DNA of 37,861 nucleotides from a bacterium (GCA_028719205.1 JAQUKH010000026.1:1-37861); one strand, 5' to 3'. Numbered from the stretch's first letter, positions 18,847 to 27,296 are shown. The notes: generated from the letters alone by a model not told the origin. Numbers and translations are program-made.

Positions 18847-20653
18847 AATTTTTTTTAAGAATAATTATGTAATATTGAAAATAATTTTTTTAATATTGAC
18901 ATTCCAGTCAGCTATTTATTCAAATCCTCTTGAAAATTGGCAATGGAGAAAACCTGCGCCAACCGGAGCAGATTTAAAAGAAATCGTATTCGGGAAGGAT
19001 ATTTTTGTGGCTATTGGAGAAGGAGGAACAATAATTACCTCTTCGAATGGTGTAAACTGGGTAGTTAGAAAATCCGGAACCTTTGAGGATCTTAATAAAA
19101 TAATATATGAAAATAATATTTTTATAATTGCCGGCAATAAAGGTGTATTGCTCAAATCGTTTGATGGAATTAATTGGGAAAAAAAGGAAATAAATATAAA
19201 TGAAAATTTAGAGGGAATTGCCTGCGGAAAAGATAAATTTGTTGTGCTGGGCCGGGAAGGGACTATTCTTGAATCTTCTGACGCAATCAATTGGAAAATC
19301 AAAAAAATAGAGATAAATAAGATAAAAGACTATGAGGATGAAAATATATATTATAAAGATATTGTTTTTTTGAAAGACAAATTTATAGTAATAGGCGATA
19401 TTGGCATTTCATCAGGTATTGTTCTTTACTCAAACAATGCAGAAGAATGGACTATTAATAAGGATTTAAGTTTAAAAGATCTTATATATAAAATAGTATA
19501 TATTAATGATAAATTCGTAGCATATGGCGGTTACCGGAGTTATATTTCAACATATTATTCAGACGACTTTATGAAATGGAATAGCGGGGATTCGGAGTTT
19601 GGTTATTTTGGTTCAATCATTAGAGTTAATGATTCTTTTTATGGGGTTGCAAGCACTGAAATAACAATTTCAAATGACTGCATTAATTGGAGCGCGATAT
19701 ATAAATGTAAATGGGACAATGAAAGATTGGAGTCAATTGCATATGGCAATAATACTTTTGTTACTGTTGGTGAGAACGGATTAGTAATAATATCGAAAGA
19801 TGGTAAGGCCTGGGAGAAAATATCGTCTGACCGTGAATCAATTATTAATAGGATTATATATAACAATAATTTATTTGTTACAGTCGGTTTTTCAGGATCT
19901 ATCCTTACCTCGACAGACGCGAAGGAATGGATCACAAGAACATCCGGTTTAAAAGAAGCTTTAAGGGATGTTATTTATGCGAACGGTAAATTTATTGCGG
20001 TAGGTGATTCCGGTACGGTTATATCATCATCAGATGGCGTGAATTGGATGAAAATAGAATCAGGGACGGCTGCTAATTTATATAAAATAATTTTTAACGA
20101 TGATAAATTTATAATAATAGGCGGAAATATGTTTGAATTTAAACGTAATAGCGTATGTTTAACTTCAAATGACGGGCTTAAATGGGATTTACTCTGGCCA
20201 AATATTCAATATACATCTGTCTCCTTTATTAATAAGATCTTTATTGAAATAATTAATCATACGTTATATAAATCATCTGACGCGATAAATTGGGTGCCGT
20301 TCTCAATCATAGATAAAGGAAAAATTCCATCAATTGCAAGTATAATTCATGCTAAAGATAAATTTATTGGAATGGGTAGTGATGGAAAACTGTTTTTTTC
20401 ATCGGATGGAAGTTCGTGGAAATATGGACAGAATGAAATAGCGCAGGGTGTAAAGGATTTTTCTGCATTGATATTTCAAAATGAAAAATATTACGCATTC
20501 ACAAAATATGGCCAAATATACAGTTCGGAAGATGGATCTAATTGGTCCGGTATTACATATTTACATTTTAATATTCGCGATATCATATATGCTCAAAAAA
20601 CATTTATACTTGTCGGTGACAAAGGAATTATACAATCAGATATTGTTGAATAA
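18839..20653 (+). CDS. Exported BNR/YCF48-like beta-propeller repeat protein
   Basis: Signal peptide; repeated FVAVGxxGxIxxSxDGxxW units; AT-rich; start overlaps the recN stop. Confidence 0.8.
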   Translation: MDKIFFKNNYVILKIIFLILTFQSAIYSNPLENWQWRKPAPTGADLKEIVFGKDIFVAIGEGGTIITSSNGVNWVVRKSGTFEDLNKIIYENNIFIIAGNKGVLLKSFDGINWEKKEININENLEGIACGKDKFVVLGREGTILESSDAINWKIKKIEINKIKDYEDENIYYKDIVFLKDKFIVIGDIGISSGIVLYSNNAEEWTINKDLSLKDLIYKIVYINDKFVAYGGYRSYISTYYSDDFMKWNSGDSEFGYFGSIIRVNDSFYGVASTEITISNDCINWSAIYKCKWDNERLESIAYGNNTFVTVGENGLVIISKDGKAWEKISSDRESIINRIIYNNNLFVTVGFSGSILTSTDAKEWITRTSGLKEALRDVIYANGKFIAVGDSGTVISSSDGVNWMKIESGTAANLYKIIFNDDKFIIIGGNMFEFKRNSVCLTSNDGLKWDLLWPNIQYTSVSFINKIFIEIINHTLYKSSDAINWVPFSIIDKGKIPSIASIIHAKDKFIGMGSDGKLFFSSDGSSWKYGQNEIAQGVKDFSALIFQNEKYYAFTKYGQIYSSEDGSNWSGITYLHFNIRDIIYAQKTFILVGDKGIIQSDIVE

Positions 20654-20686
20654 AGCTTGAGAAAACAAAGGAACAGGAAAAATCAA

Positions 20687-21937
20687 ATGACGGAAAAAAA
20701 ATTACCCTTTAATAAAAAACAACTTAAAAAGATCATTGAGAAATATTCAACGCCTTTCCATATATATGATGAAAAAGCGATCAGAGAGAACGCCAAAAAA
20801 CTGGCCAGAGCTTTTTCATGGGCTGACAATTTTAAAGAATATTATGCCGTAAAAGCCTGCCCTAATCCATATATCCTCAAGCTTTTGAAAGAGGAAGGTT
20901 TTGGCGCGGACTGCAGTTCCTTTCCGGAGCTTCTGCTTGCTGAGAAAGCGGGGATCAAAGGCGAAAATATCATGTTCACGTCTAATGATACCCCGGCTGA
21001 AGAATATAAAAAAGCCGTGGAACTGGGAGCGATAATTAATCTCGATGATATAACTCATATTGAATATCTTGAGAAAACAGCAGGAATTCCTGATCTCTTA
21101 TGCTTTAGATATAATCCGGGCCCGTTAAGAAGGGGAAACGCGATAATCGGTCAGCCGGAAGAAGCTAAATACGGATTAACAAAAGAACAGCTTTTCGAAG
21201 CGTATAAATTATCCAGGAACAAGGGCGTAAAAAGATTCGGATTACATACCATGATCGCGTCAAATGAACTTAATCCGGATTATTTTGTGGAAACGGCAAA
21301 AATGCTGTTTGACCTGGTAATTGAGATCCGTAATAAACTTGATATCAGGATAGAATTCGTTAATTTAGGCGGAGGGTTCGGCATACCCTATAAACCGGAG
21401 CAGGAGCCTCTGGATATGAAACATATCGCGGATGAAATGAAAAATGTTTACGAGAAAATGATCAAGGCTAACGGCCTTCATCCGCTAAAAATATTCATGG
21501 AAAGCGGAAGGATGATAACCGGCCCATACGGCTATCTGGTAGCAAAAGTCATACACCTTAAAGATACTTATAAAAAATATGCCGGGCTTGATGCCTGCAT
21601 GGCGAACCTTATGCGTCCCGCTTTATACGGCGCTTATCACCATATAACAGTTCTTGGAAAAGAGAATCAGGCTTTAGACCATACTTATGATGTAACCGGT
21701 TCTTTATGCGAGAATAATGATAAATTCGCGATAAACCGCAGCCTGCCAAAGATTGATATCGGGGATACAGTGGTAATACATGACACTGGCGCGCACGGTT
21801 ACGCGATGGGATTTAATTATAACGGAAAGCTCAGGTCCAAGGAACTTCTATTGAAACCTGACGGCAAAATAGAATTGATCAGGCGCGCGGAAACCGTGGA
21901 CGATTATTTCGCGACCCTGGATTTTTCGAAAATATAA
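20687..21937 (+). CDS. lysA: Diaminopimelate decarboxylase
   Basis: TPFHIYDE, PLP lysine in YYAVKAC, NLGGGFG, ESGR, GSLCENND, HDTGAHG. Confidence 0.93.
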   Translation: MTEKKLPFNKKQLKKIIEKYSTPFHIYDEKAIRENAKKLARAFSWADNFKEYYAVKACPNPYILKLLKEEGFGADCSSFPELLLAEKAGIKGENIMFTSNDTPAEEYKKAVELGAIINLDDITHIEYLEKTAGIPDLLCFRYNPGPLRRGNAIIGQPEEAKYGLTKEQLFEAYKLSRNKGVKRFGLHTMIASNELNPDYFVETAKMLFDLVIEIRNKLDIRIEFVNLGGGFGIPYKPEQEPLDMKHIADEMKNVYEKMIKANGLHPLKIFMESGRMITGPYGYLVAKVIHLKDTYKKYAGLDACMANLMRPALYGAYHHITVLGKENQALDHTYDVTGSLCENNDKFAINRSLPKIDIGDTVVIHDTGAHGYAMGFNYNGKLRSKELLLKPDGKIELIRRAETVDDYFATLDFSKI

Positions 21938-22041
21938 TCTTGATAATATAAAATGAACATATCAAGAAAAATAAAAATATTAATGAGTTTAATGATAAAA
22001 TATTATTCAGGCTGTTTATAACAACCCTAAAAGAGAGAAAA

Positions 22042-22140
22042 CCGACTGGCAGTCACCTTTTGTAAAAGATGGTGAAGTAAATGTTGACGCGTATATCGAT
22101 TTCGTTCAGGATTCATAAACTACGCGCCGCGGCCATTCAG
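22042..22140 (+). ncRNA. Candidate structured 5' leader RNA (riboswitch-like three-stem junction)
   Basis: P1 GACTGGC/GCCATTC; P2 TCACCTTTT-GTAA-AAGATGGTGA (GNRA loop); P3 CGCGTA/TACGCG. A GC-richer patch in an AT-rich intergenic region upstream of the subtilase. Confidence 0.5.
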
Positions 22141-22187
22141 AAAAATTATTGATAAAGACATGAAATTGTAAAAAAATGGAGGTTAAA

Positions 22188-23354
22188 ATGAAAATAAAAA
22201 ATGGCGGATTAATTTGTATCCTGTTTTTTGCGATATTATCAGCAGGATTTTCTAATGTTTTCGCTGAAAACACTTTAAGGAAAATTGTTGTGTTTAAAAA
22301 AGGTTTTTCAGACACTTTAAAACAAACGAAACTTGTTGAAGGTTTAAAAGGGATCAAAATAAAAAACCTGAAACTGATCAACGCGATGGCGGTGGAATTA
22401 TCATCAAGCGCGGAAAAAGAGGTCTTAAAGAGGCCTGAAGTTGAAAGAATTGATGAAGACATAATTATTTACACTAGCGGGAAACCTTCTAAACCGCCTA
22501 GTCCACAGCCGGCGGAAGTTTTGCCATGGGGTGTCGACAGGATAAATGCTGAAATGACCTGGAGTATAACAACCGGTTCAGGTATTAAAGTTGCGATCGT
22601 GGATACTGGTATTTTTTTAAATCACCCTGACCTTGTTAATAATATAAAAGGAAATGTTAATACGATTAATCCGGCAAAAGGTGGTAATGATGATAACGGT
22701 CACGGAACACACGTCGCAGGTATAGTTGCCGCAATGGACAATAGCTTTGGTGTAATTGGTGTCGGGCCGAATATCAGCCTTTACGCGGTAAAGGTTTTGG
22801 GCAAGAACGGTACAGGCTGGCTTTCTGATATCATTGAAGGCCTTGACTGGTGCATCAATAACGGGATCAATGTTGTAAATATGAGCCTCGGTTCATCCGG
22901 TGGGAACCAGTCATATCATGACGCGATAATAAGGGCTTATCAGGCGAGGATTGTTCTGGTTGCCGCGAGCGGTAATGAAGGCGGCCCGGTAAGTTATCCT
23001 GCCGTGTATCCCGAAGTTATCGCGGTTGCCGCGACGGATGGATCGGACAATATTGCGAGCTGGTCAAATAGAGGGCCGGAAGTGGACCTGGCCGCGCCCG
23101 GAGTAAATATTTACTCAACATATAAGGACGGTTTTTATAAAACTTTAAGCGGAACAAGCATGGCTTCCCCTCATGTCGCGGGGGCCGCGGCTCTTGTTTT
23201 AACCAGTCCTGTTGGCGCGTACGACGCTAATTTAAACGGAAAATGGGATCCGCTTGAAGTCATGAATAAACTAAAAGACAACGCCGAGAATCTCGGTTTT
23301 TCAACGGACCTGCAGGGTGCAGGATTAGTCAGGCCTGATCTGGCGATAGAATAA
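22188..23354 (+). CDS. Secreted subtilisin-like S8 peptidase with propeptide
   Basis: Signal peptide; triad [25 protein letters not shown]. Start placed after GGAGG. Confidence 0.95.
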   Translation: MKIKNGGLICILFFAILSAGFSNVFAENTLRKIVVFKKGFSDTLKQTKLVEGLKGIKIKNLKLINAMAVELSSSAEKEVLKRPEVERIDEDIIIYTSGKPSKPPSPQPAEVLPWGVDRINAEMTWSITTGSGIKVAIVDTGIFLNHPDLVNNIKGNVNTINPAKGGNDDNGHGTHVAGIVAAMDNSFGVIGVGPNISLYAVKVLGKNGTGWLSDIIEGLDWCINNGINVVNMSLGSSGGNQSYHDAIIRAYQARIVLVAASGNEGGPVSYPAVYPEVIAVAATDGSDNIASWSNRGPEVDLAAPGVNIYSTYKDGFYKTLSGTSMASPHVAGAAALVLTSPVGAYDANLNGKWDPLEVMNKLKDNAENLGFSTDLQGAGLVRPDLAIE

Positions 23355-23362
23355 GGTGAAAT

Positions 23363-23524
23363 ATGAATAATGACGGCATGATACGTAAAGAAGTAGGGCA
23401 TTATAAAAAAGTATCCCCACTGAAAAAGGCCTTTGAATTAAATAAAATGCTGGAAGAACTTCGCGGTAAAAGGGTTGATACAAAAAATGAAAACATTCGA
23501 AAAGTTGTTGGAAAAGTTAAGTGA
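23363..23524 (+). CDS. Small hypothetical protein (53 aa), possibly antitoxin-like
   Basis: AAGGTGA RBS then MNNDGMIRKEVGHYKKVSPLKKAFELNKMLEELRGKRVDTKNENIRKVVGKVK; below the ORF-track cutoff. Confidence 0.45.
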   Translation: MNNDGMIRKEVGHYKKVSPLKKAFELNKMLEELRGKRVDTKNENIRKVVGKVK

Positions 23525-23560
23525 AAATAAAATAAATATTGGTTATTATTTAACGAAAAT

Positions 23561-23628
23561 GTAGGGGCGATTCGAGAATCGCCCTTTTTTATTTGCATTT
23601 ATTTGTAGGGGTTTGATTTATCAAACCC
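23561..23628 (+). repeat. Two tandem GTAG-type REP hairpins; the first may also act as a terminator
   Basis: GTAGGGGCGATTCGAGAATCGCCC (23561-23584) followed by T6, and GTAGGGGTTTGATTTATCAAACCC (23605-23628). Confidence 0.85.
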
Positions 23629-23659
23629 TATTAAAATAATAAGTCACACAAAAGCCCCC

Positions 23660-24180
23660 CATTTTTATAGTAATAAGAATAATTACAAATTATTATAATA
23701 TTAATATATTAAAATAATAATATATGTTAAATAGTATAATAATAATTACATAATTACCTATATAATAAAGTTATTTATATAATAATAAATGTTAATAAAA
23801 TAGTTAATTTACATAGTAACAAATAGTATATTATTAAATATTATTATTTAATAAATCGTAACAACCTATAAATAAAAGATATTTATAAAATAATGCTTGC
23901 TAAATATAAAATATGTATTATATTATTACAATCATTAAATAATAGTATTAATTAAATATAAAAATATAATTTATGTAACTGCTTGTATAATATATCTATT
24001 TATATATTAAATAATTTAATGATAGTAAAGGGTTTAATCATTAGAAAATAGTATTATATTAATTATTCTTATTAAGTAAATGTAACAGTTTATAGATAAA
24101 AGATATTTACGAAAAAAAGATTGACAAATATATTTTAAATGCTATAATTCTTATGTCATATGAAAAAATATTTATTAAAA
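23660..24180. other. Extremely AT-rich non-coding tract with degenerate direct repeats
   Basis: Hand count of 50 G+C in 420 bp (23701-24120, about 12%); AATAGTAT...GTAAC units at 23822, 23941 and 24047. Confidence 0.85.
24121..24148 (+). promoter_or_regulatory. Sigma70 promoter of the island operon
   Basis: TTGACA, 16 bp spacer, TATAAT with an extended TG. Confidence 0.75.
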
Positions 24181-24194
24181 TATGGAGGTAAAAT

Positions 24195-24533
24195 ATGAAA
24201 AAAAATGTTCAAAAGATTGTAGAACAAATTAAAGAGCTTTTAGATCAATTAGCTACAATAGCTGGGGGGCAACATGTTGATAAAAAACTTTTAGTAAAAT
24301 CTGGTTCAGCTACTTCAAAAGGTGCTTCTGGTGCACTTTTATTACTTATAAATGAGGGTTTTTTTGATTCACCAAAAGATTTTAGTTCAATAATGGAAAA
24401 ATTGAAAGAGATTGGACGCTATTATCCCAAACCTACTGTTTCAATGAATTTATTAAATCTTACTAAAAGACGAACATTTAGTCGTCTTAAGAATAATGAC
24501 GTAGCAGGTTGGCAATATACATTAAGAAAATAA
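24195..24533 (+). CDS. Hypothetical protein, probable winged helix (putative defence)
   Basis: GGAGG RBS; LINEGFFDSPKDFSSIMEKLKEIGRYYPKPTVSMNLLNL...WQY pattern. Confidence 0.7.
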   Translation: MKKNVQKIVEQIKELLDQLATIAGGQHVDKKLLVKSGSATSKGASGALLLLINEGFFDSPKDFSSIMEKLKEIGRYYPKPTVSMNLLNLTKRRTFSRLKNNDVAGWQYTLRK

Positions 24534-24549
24534 TTTATGGAGGTATTAT

Positions 24550-24948
24550 ATGAAAGAACACGAAATAATGGAAATTCTAAAACGCATTGATAGACTTGAA
24601 AAAGCTATATTTAGTAGTGAGAAGAAAAAAACAACAGTAAAGGAAAAAAGAGTTTTAGGTAGTGATATTAATTTTTCGCTTAATGAGAGAACATTTGTCA
24701 AAAGATATGCTTGCGATAAAAGTGGCCCCAAAAAACTTACTTTATTGCTTGCCTATTTTACAAAAGGTGCACTTGATAAAAGTATAGAACTTGCTGACAT
24801 AAAAAAACTTTGGAATAAAATGAAAACAAAAACTTTGCTAGGTACATTTAATATGTTTTATACAAGTGAAGCAAAAACAAAAGGATGGATTGATTCAAAA
24901 AAATATGGTTATTATAATTTAACAAATGAATGGAAGAATGTTTTATGA
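24550..24948 (+). CDS. Hypothetical protein, probable winged helix (putative defence)
   Basis: GGAGG RBS; N-terminal coiled coil; LLLAYF...IKKLW...AKTKGWI...GYYNLT pattern. Confidence 0.7.
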   Translation: MKEHEIMEILKRIDRLEKAIFSSEKKKTTVKEKRVLGSDINFSLNERTFVKRYACDKSGPKKLTLLLAYFTKGALDKSIELADIKKLWNKMKTKTLLGTFNMFYTSEAKTKGWIDSKKYGYYNLTNEWKNVL

Positions 24949-25730
24949 ATACTGAGAAAAAAGTAAAAGATTTATTAGCTAATAAATTTGGAATTAGGAA
25001 AATTGATTCATTTGTTAATTATTTATTGTCTTGTGTGCAAAAGTATGAAGAAGGCGATTGGGAAAATTCTTTAATCAATGCAGGTAAATTCGTTGAAGTA
25101 ATAATTAAATTAATATGGATTTATTGTGGTAAATCATTACCCACTAGAGCGAAAGATTTCAAAGCAAGTGTATATGCAGATAAAATAACAAGAGAAGTTC
25201 CAGCCGCAAATGTTCCTGAGGATGCAATACGTATTCAAATACCTCGTGCATGTATTTTTATCTATGATATAACTTCAAATCGTGGGGCTCGGCATGATTC
25301 AGATGAAGTGAATCCTAATGAAATGGATGCTACTGTAGTAGTTTCTATGTGCTCATGGGTAGTTGCTGAACTCATTCGTTTTTCAGCAAAGCAATTAATT
25401 AATATTAATGAAGCAAAAAAAATAGTCGATTCACTAATGGAACGCAAATATCCATTTTTTGAAGAAATTGATGAGAGAGTATATGTTGATAAAGGAAAAT
25501 TTAAAAGTGCACCTGAATGTGCTATTTTAATTTTATATAAATTATATCCACGTAGAATTAACAAAGAAACATTAATAGGCTTTGTAAAACTTCATAATTT
25601 TAGACCTACAGCAATTAAATTCGAACGTTTGAATTCTTATATCGATATTGATAAAAAAGGTGAAATATTATTGCGTGCAACTGGAAGGAAAAAGGCGGAA
25701 CATATTTTGAAACGGGACTCAGGGGGGTAA
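24945..25730 (+). CDS. Hypothetical protein, HEPN/Abi-like helical domain plus C-terminal winged helix (putative defence)
   Basis: AGKFVE...IPRACIFIYDITSNRGARHD...PNEMDA; C-terminal LRATGRKKAE; ATGA overlap with the upstream gene. Confidence 0.6.
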   Translation: MNTEKKVKDLLANKFGIRKIDSFVNYLLSCVQKYEEGDWENSLINAGKFVEVIIKLIWIYCGKSLPTRAKDFKASVYADKITREVPAANVPEDAIRIQIPRACIFIYDITSNRGARHDSDEVNPNEMDATVVVSMCSWVVAELIRFSAKQLININEAKKIVDSLMERKYPFFEEIDERVYVDKGKFKSAPECAILILYKLYPRRINKETLIGFVKLHNFRPTAIKFERLNSYIDIDKKGEILLRATGRKKAEHILKRDSGG

Positions 25731-25929
25731 TAGTCCACTTAGAAAAGATTCTTTAACAAAACGAAATTAATTTTCATTGATGAAACTAAGGAAGTTGATG
25801 GGTTGTTGTTTGAAAAGTTTAATGTGTTTTGGAAAATATTGTTATCAAAATTTCAGAATTATTAAAATTTTATAACAATTACGTAATATTGAATATCAAT
25901 TGTTACAAATTAAAAGAGGGAATTAATAA

Positions 25930-26838
25930 ATGTTTGATGTATTTACAGAAGAAATTGAAGTTACCATAAAAGACGGAATGGCAAATTTATATTGGTACAA
26001 AGGTGATTTGCATAAATCTTGGCTTAGGTCTGGTGTTGATATTGCTCTATGTAATCAAATAAAAAATACGAAAAATGCTGAAGCAAATAATCTAACAAAA
26101 CGTCAACAAATGGACTTGTTGTATCAAACACTGAGAGACAATGATTATAATAGACGATTAGAAATTTCTAGGAATTTTGTCAGAATACTTATTGAACAAA
26201 AAACATTTTCTCCACAAGACCCAAAACACCGAATAGAAATAGCAGAAAAAGCAGCTCTTAAGCTTAAAGATATAATACGAGAACAAGAAAAAGATTTGGA
26301 ATACCAGGAATCTATAAAAAGAAAAGCTCATAAATCAAAAGAGAAAGACTATTATACTCAGCTTCTTGAAATTAGAGATGACTTTGTTTCTGCTCAAGAA
26401 CTGGAACCGCAGCAAAAAGGATATGCACTTGAAAAATTATTTGTAAAACTTATGCAAGCAAGCCAAGTCTTGGTTGAAGAGCCTTTTTGTATAAAGGGTG
26501 AGCAGCTTGATGGTGCCATAAAGCATGATGGACATTATTATTTAATTGAACTTAAATGGACACAATCCAAAGTAGAACCTAAAGATATTGGAAGTTTTTT
26601 TTATAAGGTAGAAGGAAAGTTAGATTCTCGTGGTCTAATTATATCAATGAATGGGTATACAGATGGCGTCATTGATTCTCTCCCTAGAGGGAAAGAACTA
26701 AAAATTCTTTTGATGGATGGTATTCACTTAGCAAATGTTATATATGGGATGTATACATTCCGTGAGCTTTTGGAACATGCAATTAGTCAAGCATCTTTAA
26801 AAGCTAATTTATATTGCAATCATAACTTAAAGGCATGA
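25930..26838 (+). CDS. Mrr-like PD-(D/E)XK restriction endonuclease with N-terminal helical domain
   Basis: GYALEKLF...EQLDGAI...YLIELKW...GLIISMNGYT...LMDG. Confidence 0.8.
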   Translation: MFDVFTEEIEVTIKDGMANLYWYKGDLHKSWLRSGVDIALCNQIKNTKNAEANNLTKRQQMDLLYQTLRDNDYNRRLEISRNFVRILIEQKTFSPQDPKHRIEIAEKAALKLKDIIREQEKDLEYQESIKRKAHKSKEKDYYTQLLEIRDDFVSAQELEPQQKGYALEKLFVKLMQASQVLVEEPFCIKGEQLDGAIKHDGHYYLIELKWTQSKVEPKDIGSFFYKVEGKLDSRGLIISMNGYTDGVIDSLPRGKELKILLMDGIHLANVIYGMYTFRELLEHAISQASLKANLYCNHNLKA

Positions 26839-26844
26839 GTAAAA

Positions 26845-26882
26845 GATGCGAACGTTGTTTTTGTGGGAACATTGCATCCTAC
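26845..26882 (-). repeat. Candidate divergent GTAG REP hairpin
   Basis: The minus strand reads GTAGGATGCAATGTT-CCCACAAAAAC-AACGTTCGCATC (imperfect stem). Confidence 0.45.
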
Positions 26883-27046
26883 ATATACTAACCATTTGTA
26901 AAACAATATGAAAAAAATCAACAATCGTCAAAACAAATTAATTCAAATAAACCCGGTAAAGTATTTCAACAAAGAAAATTTAAAGCTGGCGCAAAAAATT
27001 GGGAGAAGGGCTGATTCAAAACTTGACCGGAGAGGGGTGAAATAAT

Positions 27047-27238
27047 ATGGAATGCCGGATAAATCAAAATACACAAAATTGTAATTGCACATACGAACCC
27101 TGCAGCCGCAAAGGTAAATGCTGCGAATGCCTGGTTTATCACAAAAGGAGTGATGAACTTCCCGCGTGTTTTTTCTCTGCCGATATCGAAAAAACTTATG
27201 ACCGTTCAATTGAAAGATTTTTAAAAATAAAGAAATAA
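27047..27238 (+). CDS. Small Cys-rich protein (DUF6485-like)
   Basis: [22 protein letters not shown]...ELPACFF...TYDRS. Confidence 0.8.
   Translation: MECRINQNTQNCNCTYEPCSRKGKCCECLVYHKRSDELPACFFSADIEKTYDRSIERFLKIKK
27201..27238 (+). repeat. Direct repeat B, copy 1 (3' end of the DUF6485-like gene)
   Basis: ACCGTTCAATTGAAAGATTTTTAAAAATAAAGAAATAA; 35/38 identical to 29602-29639. Confidence 0.9.
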
Positions 27239-27257
27239 AAAAGCGGACATTTTTATC

Positions 27258-27286
27258 TTGACATATACGCATAGAAGGCGTATATC
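27258..27286 (+). promoter_or_regulatory. Sigma70-like promoter with palindromic operator
   Basis: TTGACA, 17 bp spacer, TATATC; perfect inverted repeat ATATACGC-N7-GCGTATAT (27263-27285). Confidence 0.65.
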
Positions 27287-27296
27287 GTAGTATAAA

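Noticed and set aside
22042-22140. ZTP, Moco or c-di-AMP riboswitch assignment
   Set aside because: GACTGGC resembles the ZTP 5' motif but the 3' CGCCTGGGC element is absent. Moco and ydaO consensus blocks are not seen.
23401-23598. Minus-strand 65 aa ORF
   Set aside because: It starts within a REP and is antisense to a + strand ORF that has an RBS; low-complexity Phe/Ser product.
23660-24180. AT-rich tract as a replication origin
   Set aside because: No TTATCCACA-type DnaA boxes, no exact iterons, and no dnaA or rep gene nearby.
24534-26900. Integron cassette array in the island
   Set aside because: No intI gene and no convincing RYYYAAC..GTTRRRY attC hairpins between genes; the first three genes are operonic.
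26908-27045. 45 aa ORF upstream of the DUF6485-like gene
   Set aside because: No RBS or recognisable motif, so coding status cannot be supported.
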